Source of the DNA: an uncultured Acidobacteriota bacterium
GTDB taxonomy: Bacteria > Acidobacteriota > Thermoanaerobaculia > Gp7-AA8
NCBI GenBank assembly: GCA_963822445.1
Contig: CAWGHO010000001.1
Location: forward strand, 1,376,001 to 1,440,000
Direction of reading: 5' to 3'
DNA length: 64,000 nt
Shown here one piece after another: positions 1-8,905 of this stretch (position 1 is the stretch's first letter; every line of letters begins with the position of its first letter). The position numbers and the translations under genes are program-made. A model generated the notes under the pieces. The model was not told where the DNA came from, did not search any database, and saw only the letters and a list, made by a program, of their open reading frames with translations.

Positions 1-1065
1 CGATGCGTTGACGACTTTCGTGCCGCCGATGCGGACCGGATCGAACTCCGCGACCGGCGTGACCGTGCCCGTCCGCCCAACGTAAAGGTTGATCGCCCGC
101 ACGACCGTCTTCGCCGCCTCGGGCGGATATTTGAAGGCCACCGCCCAGCGGGGAAACTTCGACGTCGCTCCGAGCTCGAGTTGATCGTCGCGGCGATTGA
201 CCTTCACCACGATGCCGTCGATCTCGAAGTCGAGGCCGTGGCGGGCCTCGCGAATCTCTTCGATGAACTCAATGACTTCCTCGAGACTCGCGCAGAGTTT
301 CCGCCGTGGATTCGCGGGAAAGCCGAGCGTTTCGAGCAGCTCGTACGCTTCCCACTGCGAGCCGGCCTGCCGTCCGTCGATGCTGACGACGTGGTAGACG
401 AACGCGCTGAGGCGCCGCTGCGCGACGAGCCGCGGATCTTTCTGCCGGATCGCACCCGCCGCTGCGTTGCGCGGATTGGCCAGCGGCTCGTGACCCGCTT
501 CCTCGATGGCCTGGTTGTGCTTGGCGAAGTCTTTCTTGGAGAGGTAGATCTCGCCGCGCACTTCCAGCCGCTTGATCTTCGTGTCGACCTTCAGCGGCAG
601 CGCCCGGACGGTCCGTACGTTCGATGTCACATCATCGCCGCGCACGCCGTCGCCGCGCGTCGCCGCGCGGGCCAGGCGGCCGTTTTCGTACAGCAGCGAG
701 ATGGAAACGCCGTCGATCTTCAGTTCCGCTTCATATTCGACGGTCTCCTGACCAAGGCCGCGGAGAACGCGGTTGTGCCACTCGCGCAGCTCGTCGATCG
801 AGTACGCGTTCTCGATCGAGAGCATGGGCGGGTCGTGGATGACCGTCGCGAAGTCGCCTTCCATCGGCGCGCCGCCGACGCGCTGGGTCGGCGAGTCGGG
901 ATCGAAATGCTCGGGATGCTCCGCTTCGAGCTGCTGCAGCTTGCGCAGCATCACGTCGAACTCGTGGTCGCTGATCTCCGGCGCGGCGTCGAGGTAGTAC
1001 AGGCGGTTGTGGCGTTCGAGCTCCTCGCGCAAGCGGTCGATTTCCTTCTTGATCTTCGCGGTCAT
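1..1065 (-). CDS. ligA: NAD-dependent DNA ligase (N-terminal part; runs off window)
   Basis: Manual translation from ATG at 1065: MTAKIKKEIDRLREELERHNRLYYLDAAPEISDHEFD...DSPTQRVGG; adenylation motif ELKIDG near 710-727; PRWAVAFKY near 130-155. Confidence 0.96.
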   Translation of the reverse strand, partial: MTAKIKKEIDRLREELERHNRLYYLDAAPEISDHEFDVMLRKLQQLEAEHPEHFDPDSPTQRVGGAPMEGDFATVIHDPPMLSIENAYSIDELREWHNRVLRGLGQETVEYEAELKIDGVSISLLYENGRLARAATRGDGVRGDDVTSNVRTVRALPLKVDTKIKRLEVRGEIYLSKKDFAKHNQAIEEAGHEPLANPRNAAAGAIRQKDPRLVAQRRLSAFVYHVVSIDGRQAGSQWEAYELLETLGFPANPRRKLCASLEEVIEFIEEIREARHGLDFEIDGIVVKVNRRDDQLELGATSKFPRWAVAFKYPPEAAKTVVRAINLYVGRTGTVTPVAEFDPVRIGGTKVVNAS

Positions 1066-1565
1066 GCCGGCCTGGAAAGATATCGCGAGCGCTCGACCAC
1101 CTTTTCGACGAAGTTCATCGACTTCAGACGTTCGTCGACGAGGGTCAGAAACTCGCGGCGTCCCTTCACCAGATTGAGGTTGAGGGCGATGAAGCGCATG
1201 CCGCGGGCGGTGTCGAAGTAGAGGATCATGCGGTCGCCGCCGATCATCTGCTCGGTGCCGCGCACGTCGCTCCAGCGCACGGCGCGCTGCCGGAATTGAT
1301 GCAGGGGCCGCAGCATGATCGTCTCCTCCGAAACCTCGGCGATCGGTCGCCGCGTCCCCAGCCAGACCTTCAGTCCGCCTGCCCAGAGCGTTCCGATGTA
1401 GACCCAGACGAAACGTTCGCCGAGCCAGCCGTAGCGGGCCGATGGAGAGAGGGCGAGACCGGCGAAAATCGCGGCCGAGATCGCCGCGGCGGTGATCACG
1501 ATCGACAGCCCGGCCCGGCGAACCCATGGTCTGAAAGGAAACGACCGGAAGGGAAACGCCGTCAT
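1062..1565 (-). CDS. hypothetical membrane protein (2 TM segments, small C-terminal domain)
   Basis: Two hydrophobic segments; stop overlaps ligA start (ATGA); start chosen at MTAFPF. Confidence 0.7.
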   Translation of the reverse strand: MTAFPFRSFPFRPWVRRAGLSIVITAAAISAAIFAGLALSPSARYGWLGERFVWVYIGTLWAGGLKVWLGTRRPIAEVSEETIMLRPLHQFRQRAVRWSDVRGTEQMIGGDRMILYFDTARGMRFIALNLNLVKGRREFLTLVDERLKSMNFVEKVVERSRYLSRPA

Positions 1566-1657
1566 TGCCAGCAGCCCGCCGTTTGCGTACGCTGCAAGTT
1601 CGAACGCCTCAGGCCGGTACACGTTTTGCGTAAGAGGGGGGAGGTAGCGGCAGGACG

Positions 1658-2092
1658 ATGCCAGTACAAAAGCTTGATGGGGCAGGCCGGCGGATCCTCG
1701 TCATCGACGACGATCTGGCAATTCGCGTTCTTCTGCACGCCGTTTTGAAGCGGATGAAGTTCGACGTCGACCTGGCTGAAGACGGAGCGGTCGGTCTGGA
1801 GAAGCTGCAGCAGGACGGCGGATTCGACCTGGTGCTCCTCGACCTGATGATGCCCCGCCTCAACGGCTACGAATTCATCGAGCAGATCGGCCAGCGCTAC
1901 CACGAGAAGCGTCCCCACATCATCGTCTTCACCGCCGCGGGCAAGCGCGGTGTCGACAAGATCCCCGCCGATGCGGTGTGCAACTCCATCCTCAAGCCGT
2001 TCGATCTCGACACGTTCATCGAGATCATTTCGGATTGCCTGAATCGCGCGCACGGGACGGGTTCCGCAGCTTCCACTCGATCTGCCGAATGA
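1658..2092 (+). CDS. single-domain response regulator (REC)
   Basis: ILVIDDD...LLDLMMPRLNG...FTA...LKPFD receiver motifs. Confidence 0.92.
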   Translation: MPVQKLDGAGRRILVIDDDLAIRVLLHAVLKRMKFDVDLAEDGAVGLEKLQQDGGFDLVLLDLMMPRLNGYEFIEQIGQRYHEKRPHIIVFTAAGKRGVDKIPADAVCNSILKPFDLDTFIEIISDCLNRAHGTGSAASTRSAE

Positions 2093-2756
2093 TGCCGAGG
2101 GCGATGGTCACCTCGCGGTGATCGAGATCGGCCCGGGCCGCGATCGCGCGCAGGTCGTCGTAAATCCGATCGGGTTTGTTCTCGTGGAGGAAGCCCACTT
2201 CCGTGAGCAGCTCGCGGGCGCGCTGATGCAGGCGCTCGATGTCCGCGGCGCTGGCCAGCGTTCGATCCTGCGCGGCCGGCGCGATCGACGAGAGCTCATA
2301 GCAGAACACGCACGCCGCCTGGGCGAGATTCATCGTGGGAAAGGCGTCGTTCGCGGGGATGGACGCGGTGTGCTGACAAAGCACGAGCTCTTCGCGCGTC
2401 AGTCCGCTGTGCTCGCGGCCGAAGACCAGCGCGAGGATCTGATCGTCGCCGAGTGACGCGAATCTCTGTCCGAGTGTGCGCGGCGTAAAAGTCACCGGCG
2501 TAACCCGCCCACGCATCGACGTCGTGGCGACGGTGACATGTGCGTCGGCGACCGCTTCGAGCAACGTCGGGGCAAAACGCGCCGCGGCCAGCAGGTCGTC
2601 CGCGCCACTCGCCCACCATCCCGAAACAGGCAACAGTTCAGGATGCTCGCCGACGATCCAGAGCTCGGAGAACCCGAAGTTCTTCATCGCCCGCGCCACC
2701 GCGCCGACGTTGCCGGCTTCCTGGGGAGAGACGAGGATGAGGCGCAGTGTGGCCAT
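2025..2756 (-). CDS. trmJ: TrmJ/LasT-family SPOUT RNA methyltransferase
   Basis: GNVGAVARAMKNFG, VFGREHSGLT, MNLAQA motifs. Confidence 0.88.
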   Translation of the reverse strand: MATLRLILVSPQEAGNVGAVARAMKNFGFSELWIVGEHPELLPVSGWWASGADDLLAAARFAPTLLEAVADAHVTVATTSMRGRVTPVTFTPRTLGQRFASLGDDQILALVFGREHSGLTREELVLCQHTASIPANDAFPTMNLAQAACVFCYELSSIAPAAQDRTLASAADIERLHQRARELLTEVGFLHENKPDRIYDDLRAIAARADLDHREVTIALGIIRQIEWKLRNPSRARDSGNPK

Positions 2757-2759
2757 GTC

Positions 2760-2844
2760 GTTGCGAGGTTACGGGGTTACGAGGTTACGGGGTACAACCC
2801 GTACCACCCCGTAACCTCGTAACCCCGTCACCCCGAAACCTCGC
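2760..2844. repeat. palindromic octamer-repeat element A1
   Basis: GAGGTTAC GGGGTTAC GAGGTTAC GGGGT-spacer-ACCCC GTAACCTC GTAACCCC GTCACCCC GAAACCTC. Confidence 0.9.
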
Positions 2845-4180
2845 GAAGGCTCGCAATCATCGCGTCCACATCTGACTCACCCGTCCTCGGATTCATCATC
2901 GTCACGCGCAGCACGCGCTCGCCGCGGAGGATGGTCGAGGTGATCCAGGCTTTTCCGCTGCGGATCAGGCGTTCGCGGAGATCGGCGGTTTGCTGATCGT
3001 CGAAACCGCGGCGGCGGAAGCAGAGGATGTTCAGCTCGGGCTCGTGGCAGGGCTCGAAGTCATCGGATTCGCGCAGGCGGTCGTAGAGATAGCGGGTCAG
3101 ATCGGCGACGCGCTCGATGGCTTCGACGATCGGCGCGGTGCCGTGGGCGCGGAGCATCAGCCAGAGCTTCAGCGCATCCGCGCGCTTCGAGCACTGGATG
3201 GTCATCTCGCCGATGTTCTCGCTGGCCCGCTCGGCGTGAAACAGGTAGGGCGCATCGACCGCGAACGCGCGGCGAAGCCACTCGCCGTTGCGCACGAGCA
3301 CCGTGCCCATCGACAGCGGCATCCACATCATCTTGTGCGGATCCCAGGAGAGCGAGTCGGCGTGGCCGAGGCCGCGGACGAGGTGGGCGAAGCGGTCGCT
3401 GAGAAGGACCGAGGCGCCGTGGGCCGCGTCGACGTGCAGCCAGGTGCGGTAGCGGTCGCGAAGCGGCAGGATCTCGTCGAGCGCATCGAATGCGCCGGTG
3501 GCCGTGGAACCCGATGTGGCCACGATCGCCAGCACGGCCGCATCGCCGCGCGCTTCCACGGCGGCCAGAGCTTGCTCGAGCAGACCGACATCCATCCGAT
3601 GCCGCTCGTCCGTGGCGACCTTCAACACGTCCGATTCGGAGATGCCCATGATTCCCGCCGCGCGGGCGATCGAGTAGTGCGCGTCGGCCGAAGTGATGAC
3701 CACCGGCTTCTTCCCCTCGTGCTCCACGTCCATCGTGAATCGCGCACGCGCGGCGAGGAGCGCGGTGAGGTTCGCCGCCGAACCGCCCGAGACCGCGGTG
3801 CCTTCCGCGGTCTCGGGATAACCGGCCAGGCCGATCATCCAGCGAACGATCTCCTTCTCGATGAGCGTGCCGATTGGGCTCATCTCCCAGACCGCCGTGG
3901 ACTGGTTGAGCATCGAGATCATCAGGTCGGCGACCGCGGCGTCGAGAAACGGCGGGCAGACCTGATGGCCCATGTACGAGGGGTGATGCAACTGGATCGA
4001 GAAGTCGGCGACGAGCTTCGCCGACTCGATCGGCGAAGAGCGCGACCCGTCGAGCCTCACCAGCTCGCGCAACTCGTCGAAAGGTCTCCATTGGACCACC
4101 GGCCGCGCGTCGATCCCCTCGACGTGATCGAAGAGAAGATCGACGAGCTGGTGAGCGAATGCGCGGGACGCGGCGGCCAT
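2828..4180 (-). CDS. group II PLP-dependent amino-acid decarboxylase
   Basis: SGGSAAN, AHYSI, HVDAAHG, SWDPHK (PLP lysine) motifs. Confidence 0.92.
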   Translation of the reverse strand: MAAASRAFAHQLVDLLFDHVEGIDARPVVQWRPFDELRELVRLDGSRSSPIESAKLVADFSIQLHHPSYMGHQVCPPFLDAAVADLMISMLNQSTAVWEMSPIGTLIEKEIVRWMIGLAGYPETAEGTAVSGGSAANLTALLAARARFTMDVEHEGKKPVVITSADAHYSIARAAGIMGISESDVLKVATDERHRMDVGLLEQALAAVEARGDAAVLAIVATSGSTATGAFDALDEILPLRDRYRTWLHVDAAHGASVLLSDRFAHLVRGLGHADSLSWDPHKMMWMPLSMGTVLVRNGEWLRRAFAVDAPYLFHAERASENIGEMTIQCSKRADALKLWLMLRAHGTAPIVEAIERVADLTRYLYDRLRESDDFEPCHEPELNILCFRRRGFDDQQTADLRERLIRSGKAWITSTILRGERVLRVTMMNPRTGESDVDAMIASLREVSG

Positions 4181-4193
4181 CGGACCGCGGATT

Positions 4194-5537
4194 CTACGGC
4201 ACGGTCATCCGGCGGTGCTGCGGCGAGAACGTCGTCACATGCTGCGTGTCGTTGTTGGTCACGCTGACGAACGCCCAGAGCAGCGCGTCCTTCGTGCGGC
4301 CGCGGATGACGATGTCGGCGATACCGGCGTTTCGCACCGACGGAATGCCGTCGAGGTTGAGCACCGCGTACGTCGGATGATGGGGATAGCAGGGCGTGGT
4401 CACGCAGACGATGCGATTCTCGAGCGTCGCGGTGAGGATCACCGGCGTCTTGCCTTCCACCCGCACTTCGATGACCACTTCGCGACCGTCGATTGCATCG
4501 AGGTCGTAGATGCGCAACGTCTGCCGGGACTCCGCGGTGAGGGGTACGTTGAGGATGGACAGCTCCGCGGCGGCCTGTTTTTCATGAACAACGCGCAGCT
4601 CCGTGCCTGCGTCGGTGGCGCGGCGCGAACGGTCGAAGATGTGGGACGAGTACGAGAGCCAGGAGTCCATCCCACGGGGGATGAAGAACAACAGGCCGCC
4701 GTCGCGATCGACCGTATCGAGCACTCTCCGTTGACCGGCCTGCAGGGGCTCGGGACCGGGAGGCGTAATGATGGGGGTCACCAGCGTGGGGATGGTCGGC
4801 ACCTCGATCGGCCCGCGATTCAGGATCACGTTCTCCGTTCGCCAATCCGATCCATGCGCGCCGGGGCCGCGGAAGGCAATCGGGTAAACGATCCGCTCAT
4901 GTTCGGCACTCAGATCGGCCTGCAGATCGGGATACAGAAAGGCTTGCGTCGCGGTGGTTTTCTTTCCATCGCGATCGGTGACCACGACGTCGACGAGGCC
5001 CGGCGCATGGGCCGGTGCAACGGCCGCGATATCCCCGTGGGGCGTGACCTCGACCGTCCCCGACTTCACCCCGCCGAACGTGACCTCGGGCAGCGCGCAA
5101 GGAAAGATCGCGCAGGCACCGTGATCGCGGACGTCGATGAGGACCTGCGTCCCGGCAAAACCGAAGGACGGTTTGAGCACGAACGGATGCTCGCGCACGA
5201 CCAGCGTGTCCCGCACCATCTCCGTGCCGTTGTGCCTGACCACCAACGTGTTCGTGCCGGCGGGCACGCGTCCCACGGTCACCCGTTCGCCCCACTGGCT
5301 GGGCACGAGGATGCATCCGCCGCTCGACTGGAGATCGATCGTCACGATCCCCGCGGCGATCGTCACCCGCGGCGTGTGAGGAATGCAGCCATCCGAACAT
5401 CCGCCGGCGAGCACCACCTCGATTTCGTCGTGCACGGTCGGCCGCGGAGGCCTGACGTCGAGGCGGGAGACGCCGACGCACACGGCGAACATCGGTTGCG
5501 CGGCGACGAGGAGAAGGAGAATGAGAAGACGTTTCAC
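4194..5537 (-). CDS. exported protein with IPT/TIG-like domain and C-terminal 'GAxGSxW' module
   Basis: Signal peptide; VTFGG...APAHAPGLVDVVV (IPT-like); GPGAHGSDWRTE...WAFVSVTNNDTQHVT. Confidence 0.8.
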   Translation of the reverse strand: MKRLLILLLLVAAQPMFAVCVGVSRLDVRPPRPTVHDEIEVVLAGGCSDGCIPHTPRVTIAAGIVTIDLQSSGGCILVPSQWGERVTVGRVPAGTNTLVVRHNGTEMVRDTLVVREHPFVLKPSFGFAGTQVLIDVRDHGACAIFPCALPEVTFGGVKSGTVEVTPHGDIAAVAPAHAPGLVDVVVTDRDGKKTTATQAFLYPDLQADLSAEHERIVYPIAFRGPGAHGSDWRTENVILNRGPIEVPTIPTLVTPIITPPGPEPLQAGQRRVLDTVDRDGGLLFFIPRGMDSWLSYSSHIFDRSRRATDAGTELRVVHEKQAAAELSILNVPLTAESRQTLRIYDLDAIDGREVVIEVRVEGKTPVILTATLENRIVCVTTPCYPHHPTYAVLNLDGIPSVRNAGIADIVIRGRTKDALLWAFVSVTNNDTQHVTTFSPQHRRMTVP

Positions 5538-5923
5538 TGGACCTCCGATTGATTGAACAGATCGTCGAGGGCGACCGCCGGGTTGAAGCGGTCGATGAGC
5601 GCGTTCCAGGCCGCCAGATACCGCTCCTTCGGCACCCTGAAGGCCCCGGCAACCTTCCCCTCAGCCTCGGCGATGTAAACCCACCCGCCGTGCTCGAAGA
5701 TCGCGATCTGCCAGGCGTCCTCGCGGTCTTCGTAGGGCTCCTCGCGGGTGCCGAGGGGGATGTCGGACTGGATGAAGTGGCGCAGATCGCGATCGGCGTG
5801 ATCCCAGGCCGGGAAGCCGGCCAGATGCCCTTCCCGCTCGCTGACCAGTTCGACGTGCTTTCCGCCGTCGTTACTGTCGATCAGCCGGACCGCGAAATCT
5901 TCGATGGTGCGGAAGTCGGTCAT
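5534..5923 (-). CDS. hypothetical protein (~129 aa)
   Basis: MTDFRTIEDF...; coupled by 4-nt start/stop overlaps to both neighbours. Confidence 0.7.
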   Translation of the reverse strand: MTDFRTIEDFAVRLIDSNDGGKHVELVSEREGHLAGFPAWDHADRDLRHFIQSDIPLGTREEPYEDREDAWQIAIFEHGGWVYIAEAEGKVAGAFRVPKERYLAAWNALIDRFNPAVALDDLFNQSEVQ

Positions 5924-7254
5924 GGCTCGCCGCTGCCTCCCGCGGGGGTGACCACGGTGACCTGCTGCGTGGAGTTGTTCGTGATGGTCGCGAAGGCCCA
6001 GGCATACGAGCCTTCCGGCGCGGTGATGTAGATGGCCACGCGCTCGTTGGTGTCGCCGGTCTGGAGATCGAGCTCGCCGTACGACGCGCAGGTATCGCAC
6101 GGCCGGGTCAGCTGAACGACGCGGCTGGGCTTCACCGAGTGCGTCTCCGGATTCATGATCGTGACCGTGGCATTCGTCTCTTCGGTATCGAACGCATAAA
6201 TGCGCAGTTTCACGCGGAAGCGCGGATCGAGCGGCACGTCGAGCAGGCTGACGGCGCGATTGAAGACGAGATCCTTCTCGCGAACGACAGGAATCTCGGT
6301 TCCGAAGCTTTCAGCCTGCCTCGAGGTGTCCCGGATCCGCAGCGCGAAGGCCAGATCATCCGCCTCGTTGCGGGGAACGAGGAGGGCGACGCCCTGCGGG
6401 AAATTACTGCCGACCGTCCGGCCGTAGAAGCCGGGCGAGAGCCGCTCGCCGCAGGGATAGGTGATGCAGACGTAAGACTCGATGGTGTTGTAGTTGTCGA
6501 CGAACCAGGGATTCGGATTCGAGATCACCGCCTCGCTGACCCAGTTCGAGCCGTGCGCGCCGGGGGCGTTGAACAGCACCGGGAAGAGGATGCGCTCGAA
6601 GATCGAGATTTCCGGCGAGTCGAAGTAGTAGACCGCGTTCGGATACTTCCAGGTCACGACCGGTGTCCGTTTCTCGACAAGCACATCCGCGAATCCGACC
6701 GGATTTGCCGGCGCATCGAACGTGACCGCGTTCTGGCCCTCGACCCGCTGGACATTCGTCGCGACGCCTGCGCCGACGCGGATGGTCGTGTCGGAACAAT
6801 CGGACGTCGCGCAGATCGCAAGAAGCTCGTCTTCGTCCACGGTGAGCGTCATCCGCAAGCCGGCGGGCTGGGTGCGGATGGCGAAGGGGTGAATGTCGAA
6901 CTCGGCGGGCGAGCGGGCGTGCCGGACGTGGAGCGTGGTGCCCAGCTGAATGAAGTCGTCGCCGGAGTATCTGTAGTCGAGGCGATACGTGCCCGCGGCC
7001 AGCGTTCCGATGGGGATGTAGCGGGTGACCGGGATCGGCGGGCTGCCGCACGTTCCGTCGGCCTTGATGATCAGCAGAATCGCTCCAGGCGACTTCTCGA
7101 CGGTGAAGGTGTCGTTGCGGACGCAGCTGGTGGTGTAGACCAGCGTGATCGGCGTTTCGTCGGTCGGGCCGGGCGGGTGGACCTGGATGGTGCCGTCCAG
7201 CGCGAAAATGGGGAGCGCTGCGAGGACGACCAGGAGGGAACGCAGCAGGGTCAT
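5920..7254 (-). CDS. exported protein, paralogue of 4194-5537
   Basis: Signal peptide MTLLRSLLVVLAALPIFA; GGAG RBS; APGAHGSNWVSE...WAFATITNNSTQQVT; shared CxTxPC motif. Confidence 0.82.
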   Translation of the reverse strand: MTLLRSLLVVLAALPIFALDGTIQVHPPGPTDETPITLVYTTSCVRNDTFTVEKSPGAILLIIKADGTCGSPPIPVTRYIPIGTLAAGTYRLDYRYSGDDFIQLGTTLHVRHARSPAEFDIHPFAIRTQPAGLRMTLTVDEDELLAICATSDCSDTTIRVGAGVATNVQRVEGQNAVTFDAPANPVGFADVLVEKRTPVVTWKYPNAVYYFDSPEISIFERILFPVLFNAPGAHGSNWVSEAVISNPNPWFVDNYNTIESYVCITYPCGERLSPGFYGRTVGSNFPQGVALLVPRNEADDLAFALRIRDTSRQAESFGTEIPVVREKDLVFNRAVSLLDVPLDPRFRVKLRIYAFDTEETNATVTIMNPETHSVKPSRVVQLTRPCDTCASYGELDLQTGDTNERVAIYITAPEGSYAWAFATITNNSTQQVTVVTPAGGSGEP

Positions 7255-7268
7255 TGAATTCTCCAAGA

Positions 7269-7293
7269 TCGATATGCTGATTCAGCATATCGA
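7269..7293. promoter_or_regulatory. perfect 12+1+12 palindrome, putative operator
   Basis: TCGATATGCTGA-T-TCAGCATATCGA in a divergent intergenic region. Confidence 0.5.
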
Positions 7294-7415
7294 ATTGTCG
7301 GGGCAGGTCAACCAGCGACCGCGTCGCCTCCCGGAATCGAGGACGGTGCACCTCTCTCGCCACCGCTCAGGTAGGGAATCCGCGCGGCGCAACACTCCTA
7401 CAGTGAGTGAGTGAG

Positions 7416-8210
7416 ATGTCGGCCGCAACCGAGCCTGTGAGTGCGCCTGCGCCCAAAGGGGAGACCCCGGAGAAGAAATCCTGCACTACGTGCGGCCTGG
7501 GGATCCCTTTTGCCGCGATCTGGTGCAAGGAGTGTAAAGCGCCGCAGAAAGCAGATGAATGCCGGGTCTGCGGAGCGGTCATTCCGCGGTACGCGAAGGT
7601 CTGCAACACCTGTAAGTCGTATCAGGACTGGCGCCGCCGCATTCCAGGCGACCAGGTGGCGCTGGCCCTCCTCGTCGCGATCCTGTCGCTGCTCAGCACA
7701 CTCCTCCCCCAGGTCATCAAGTTCGTGAATCTGCGTTCGCGTACATCCGGTTTCTATCTCTCCTCGGACATCGACGAGCCAGCCAGCAAAAGCAAGGAGC
7801 GTTCGGTGATGAGCATCCGGCTGACGAACGAAGGCGGTCGCCCCGCGCGGGTTGAGCATGTTCGGATCGATTTCGGAACGAAAGAACTCGCGCAGATCCG
7901 CGATTTTCCGATTCTGAACCGCGGAAACATGGTCGTGCCAGCAGGAGACAAGAGCGACCTGAAGGTGTTCGTGCACGGTCTGTCGAATACGCCGACGACG
8001 AAACTGGACATCGAGAAACTCGCTACCGCGCTCTGCACGGCGAAGACGACCATCTATGTCACGGTACGGGAGCGGTCGCGGCTCTTCGGCACACTGGAGC
8101 CGGAAAAAGAGATCGATCCGATCGAGGTTCCGAAGAACGCCGCGCGCGACTGGGTATTGGAACGAGTTCCCGCCACGGGAACGGGGTTCAAGAAAGAGAA
8201 CTGCCCATGA
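7416..8210 (+). CDS. double zinc-ribbon membrane protein
   Basis: Four CxxC pairs (CTTC, CKEC, CRVC, CNTC), then one TM helix and a beta-rich domain. Confidence 0.75.
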   Translation: MSAATEPVSAPAPKGETPEKKSCTTCGLGIPFAAIWCKECKAPQKADECRVCGAVIPRYAKVCNTCKSYQDWRRRIPGDQVALALLVAILSLLSTLLPQVIKFVNLRSRTSGFYLSSDIDEPASKSKERSVMSIRLTNEGGRPARVEHVRIDFGTKELAQIRDFPILNRGNMVVPAGDKSDLKVFVHGLSNTPTTKLDIEKLATALCTAKTTIYVTVRERSRLFGTLEPEKEIDPIEVPKNAARDWVLERVPATGTGFKKENCP

Positions 8211-8905
8211 AGAAATGGCTCGTGATTTTCCTGTCGATCGCTGCCACAGATGCGGTGGCCTGCAAGGACGGACGCACCCTGCGTGTGCGCTTCCAGAGCT
8301 GTCCGGCACAAGAGGACAGCATCGACGTTCGCGTGGGGGGGAACGCGGACTTTACGCTGCTGAAGGTAAGAGAGAAGGTCTACGAGTACGAGTTGCCGGG
8401 ACCGATTGGGACGAATCTCTCCCTCAAGATCGACAGCAATCCTCCGATCTGCTGCACGCCGACGGCGCGGTTGGTCCCCGAACCGCCGCCCAGCATCGAT
8501 TGCGACGTGGAGTACGTCGTATACTGCGATCCGCCGCCCTCCTGGGCCATCCGCGGCGTCAAGACAGGCGACGTAACGTTCAAGTTTGCCGCCGAACATC
8601 CCGCCAAATTCGAAACCTGTCCCCCCTTGGACGTTACTGCGATTGACGGCTGGCTGACCGGCCTCCGGAGCCTCGACACAGTCAAAGTCGCGGTTCTGAG
8701 CAAGAACAGGGAGGTCGTGAAGTTCCCCGTCACGCTCACGAATTTCACGAGCCCGCGCGTGGTGAAAAGTAGCGACGAACTGCGGGACCTCATTCTCAAG
8801 TCATCACACAAGCCGCCGGAAGATCTGACCGTGGTGGAAAAGAGCGTGATCGAGTCGCGCCTCGCGCTCGTACCGAAGAACGGCGTCACGGTGGAGAAAC
8901 GCTGA
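8207..8905 (+). CDS. Cys-rich exported hypothetical protein
   Basis: Signal peptide MKKWLVIFLSIAATDAVA; 7 Cys; ATGA overlap with upstream gene. Confidence 0.7.
   Translation: MKKWLVIFLSIAATDAVACKDGRTLRVRFQSCPAQEDSIDVRVGGNADFTLLKVREKVYEYELPGPIGTNLSLKIDSNPPICCTPTARLVPEPPPSIDCDVEYVVYCDPPPSWAIRGVKTGDVTFKFAAEHPAKFETCPPLDVTAIDGWLTGLRSLDTVKVAVLSKNREVVKFPVTLTNFTSPRVVKSSDELRDLILKSSHKPPEDLTVVEKSVIESRLALVPKNGVTVEKR

Noticed and set aside
181-1221. Long ORFs antisense to recognisable genes (e.g. 181-1221, 2990-4267, 27109-28764, 37561-39054, 60206-62116, 62211-63854)
   Set aside because: Shadow ORFs typical of high-GC DNA; they lie opposite genes with clear motifs and show none of their own.
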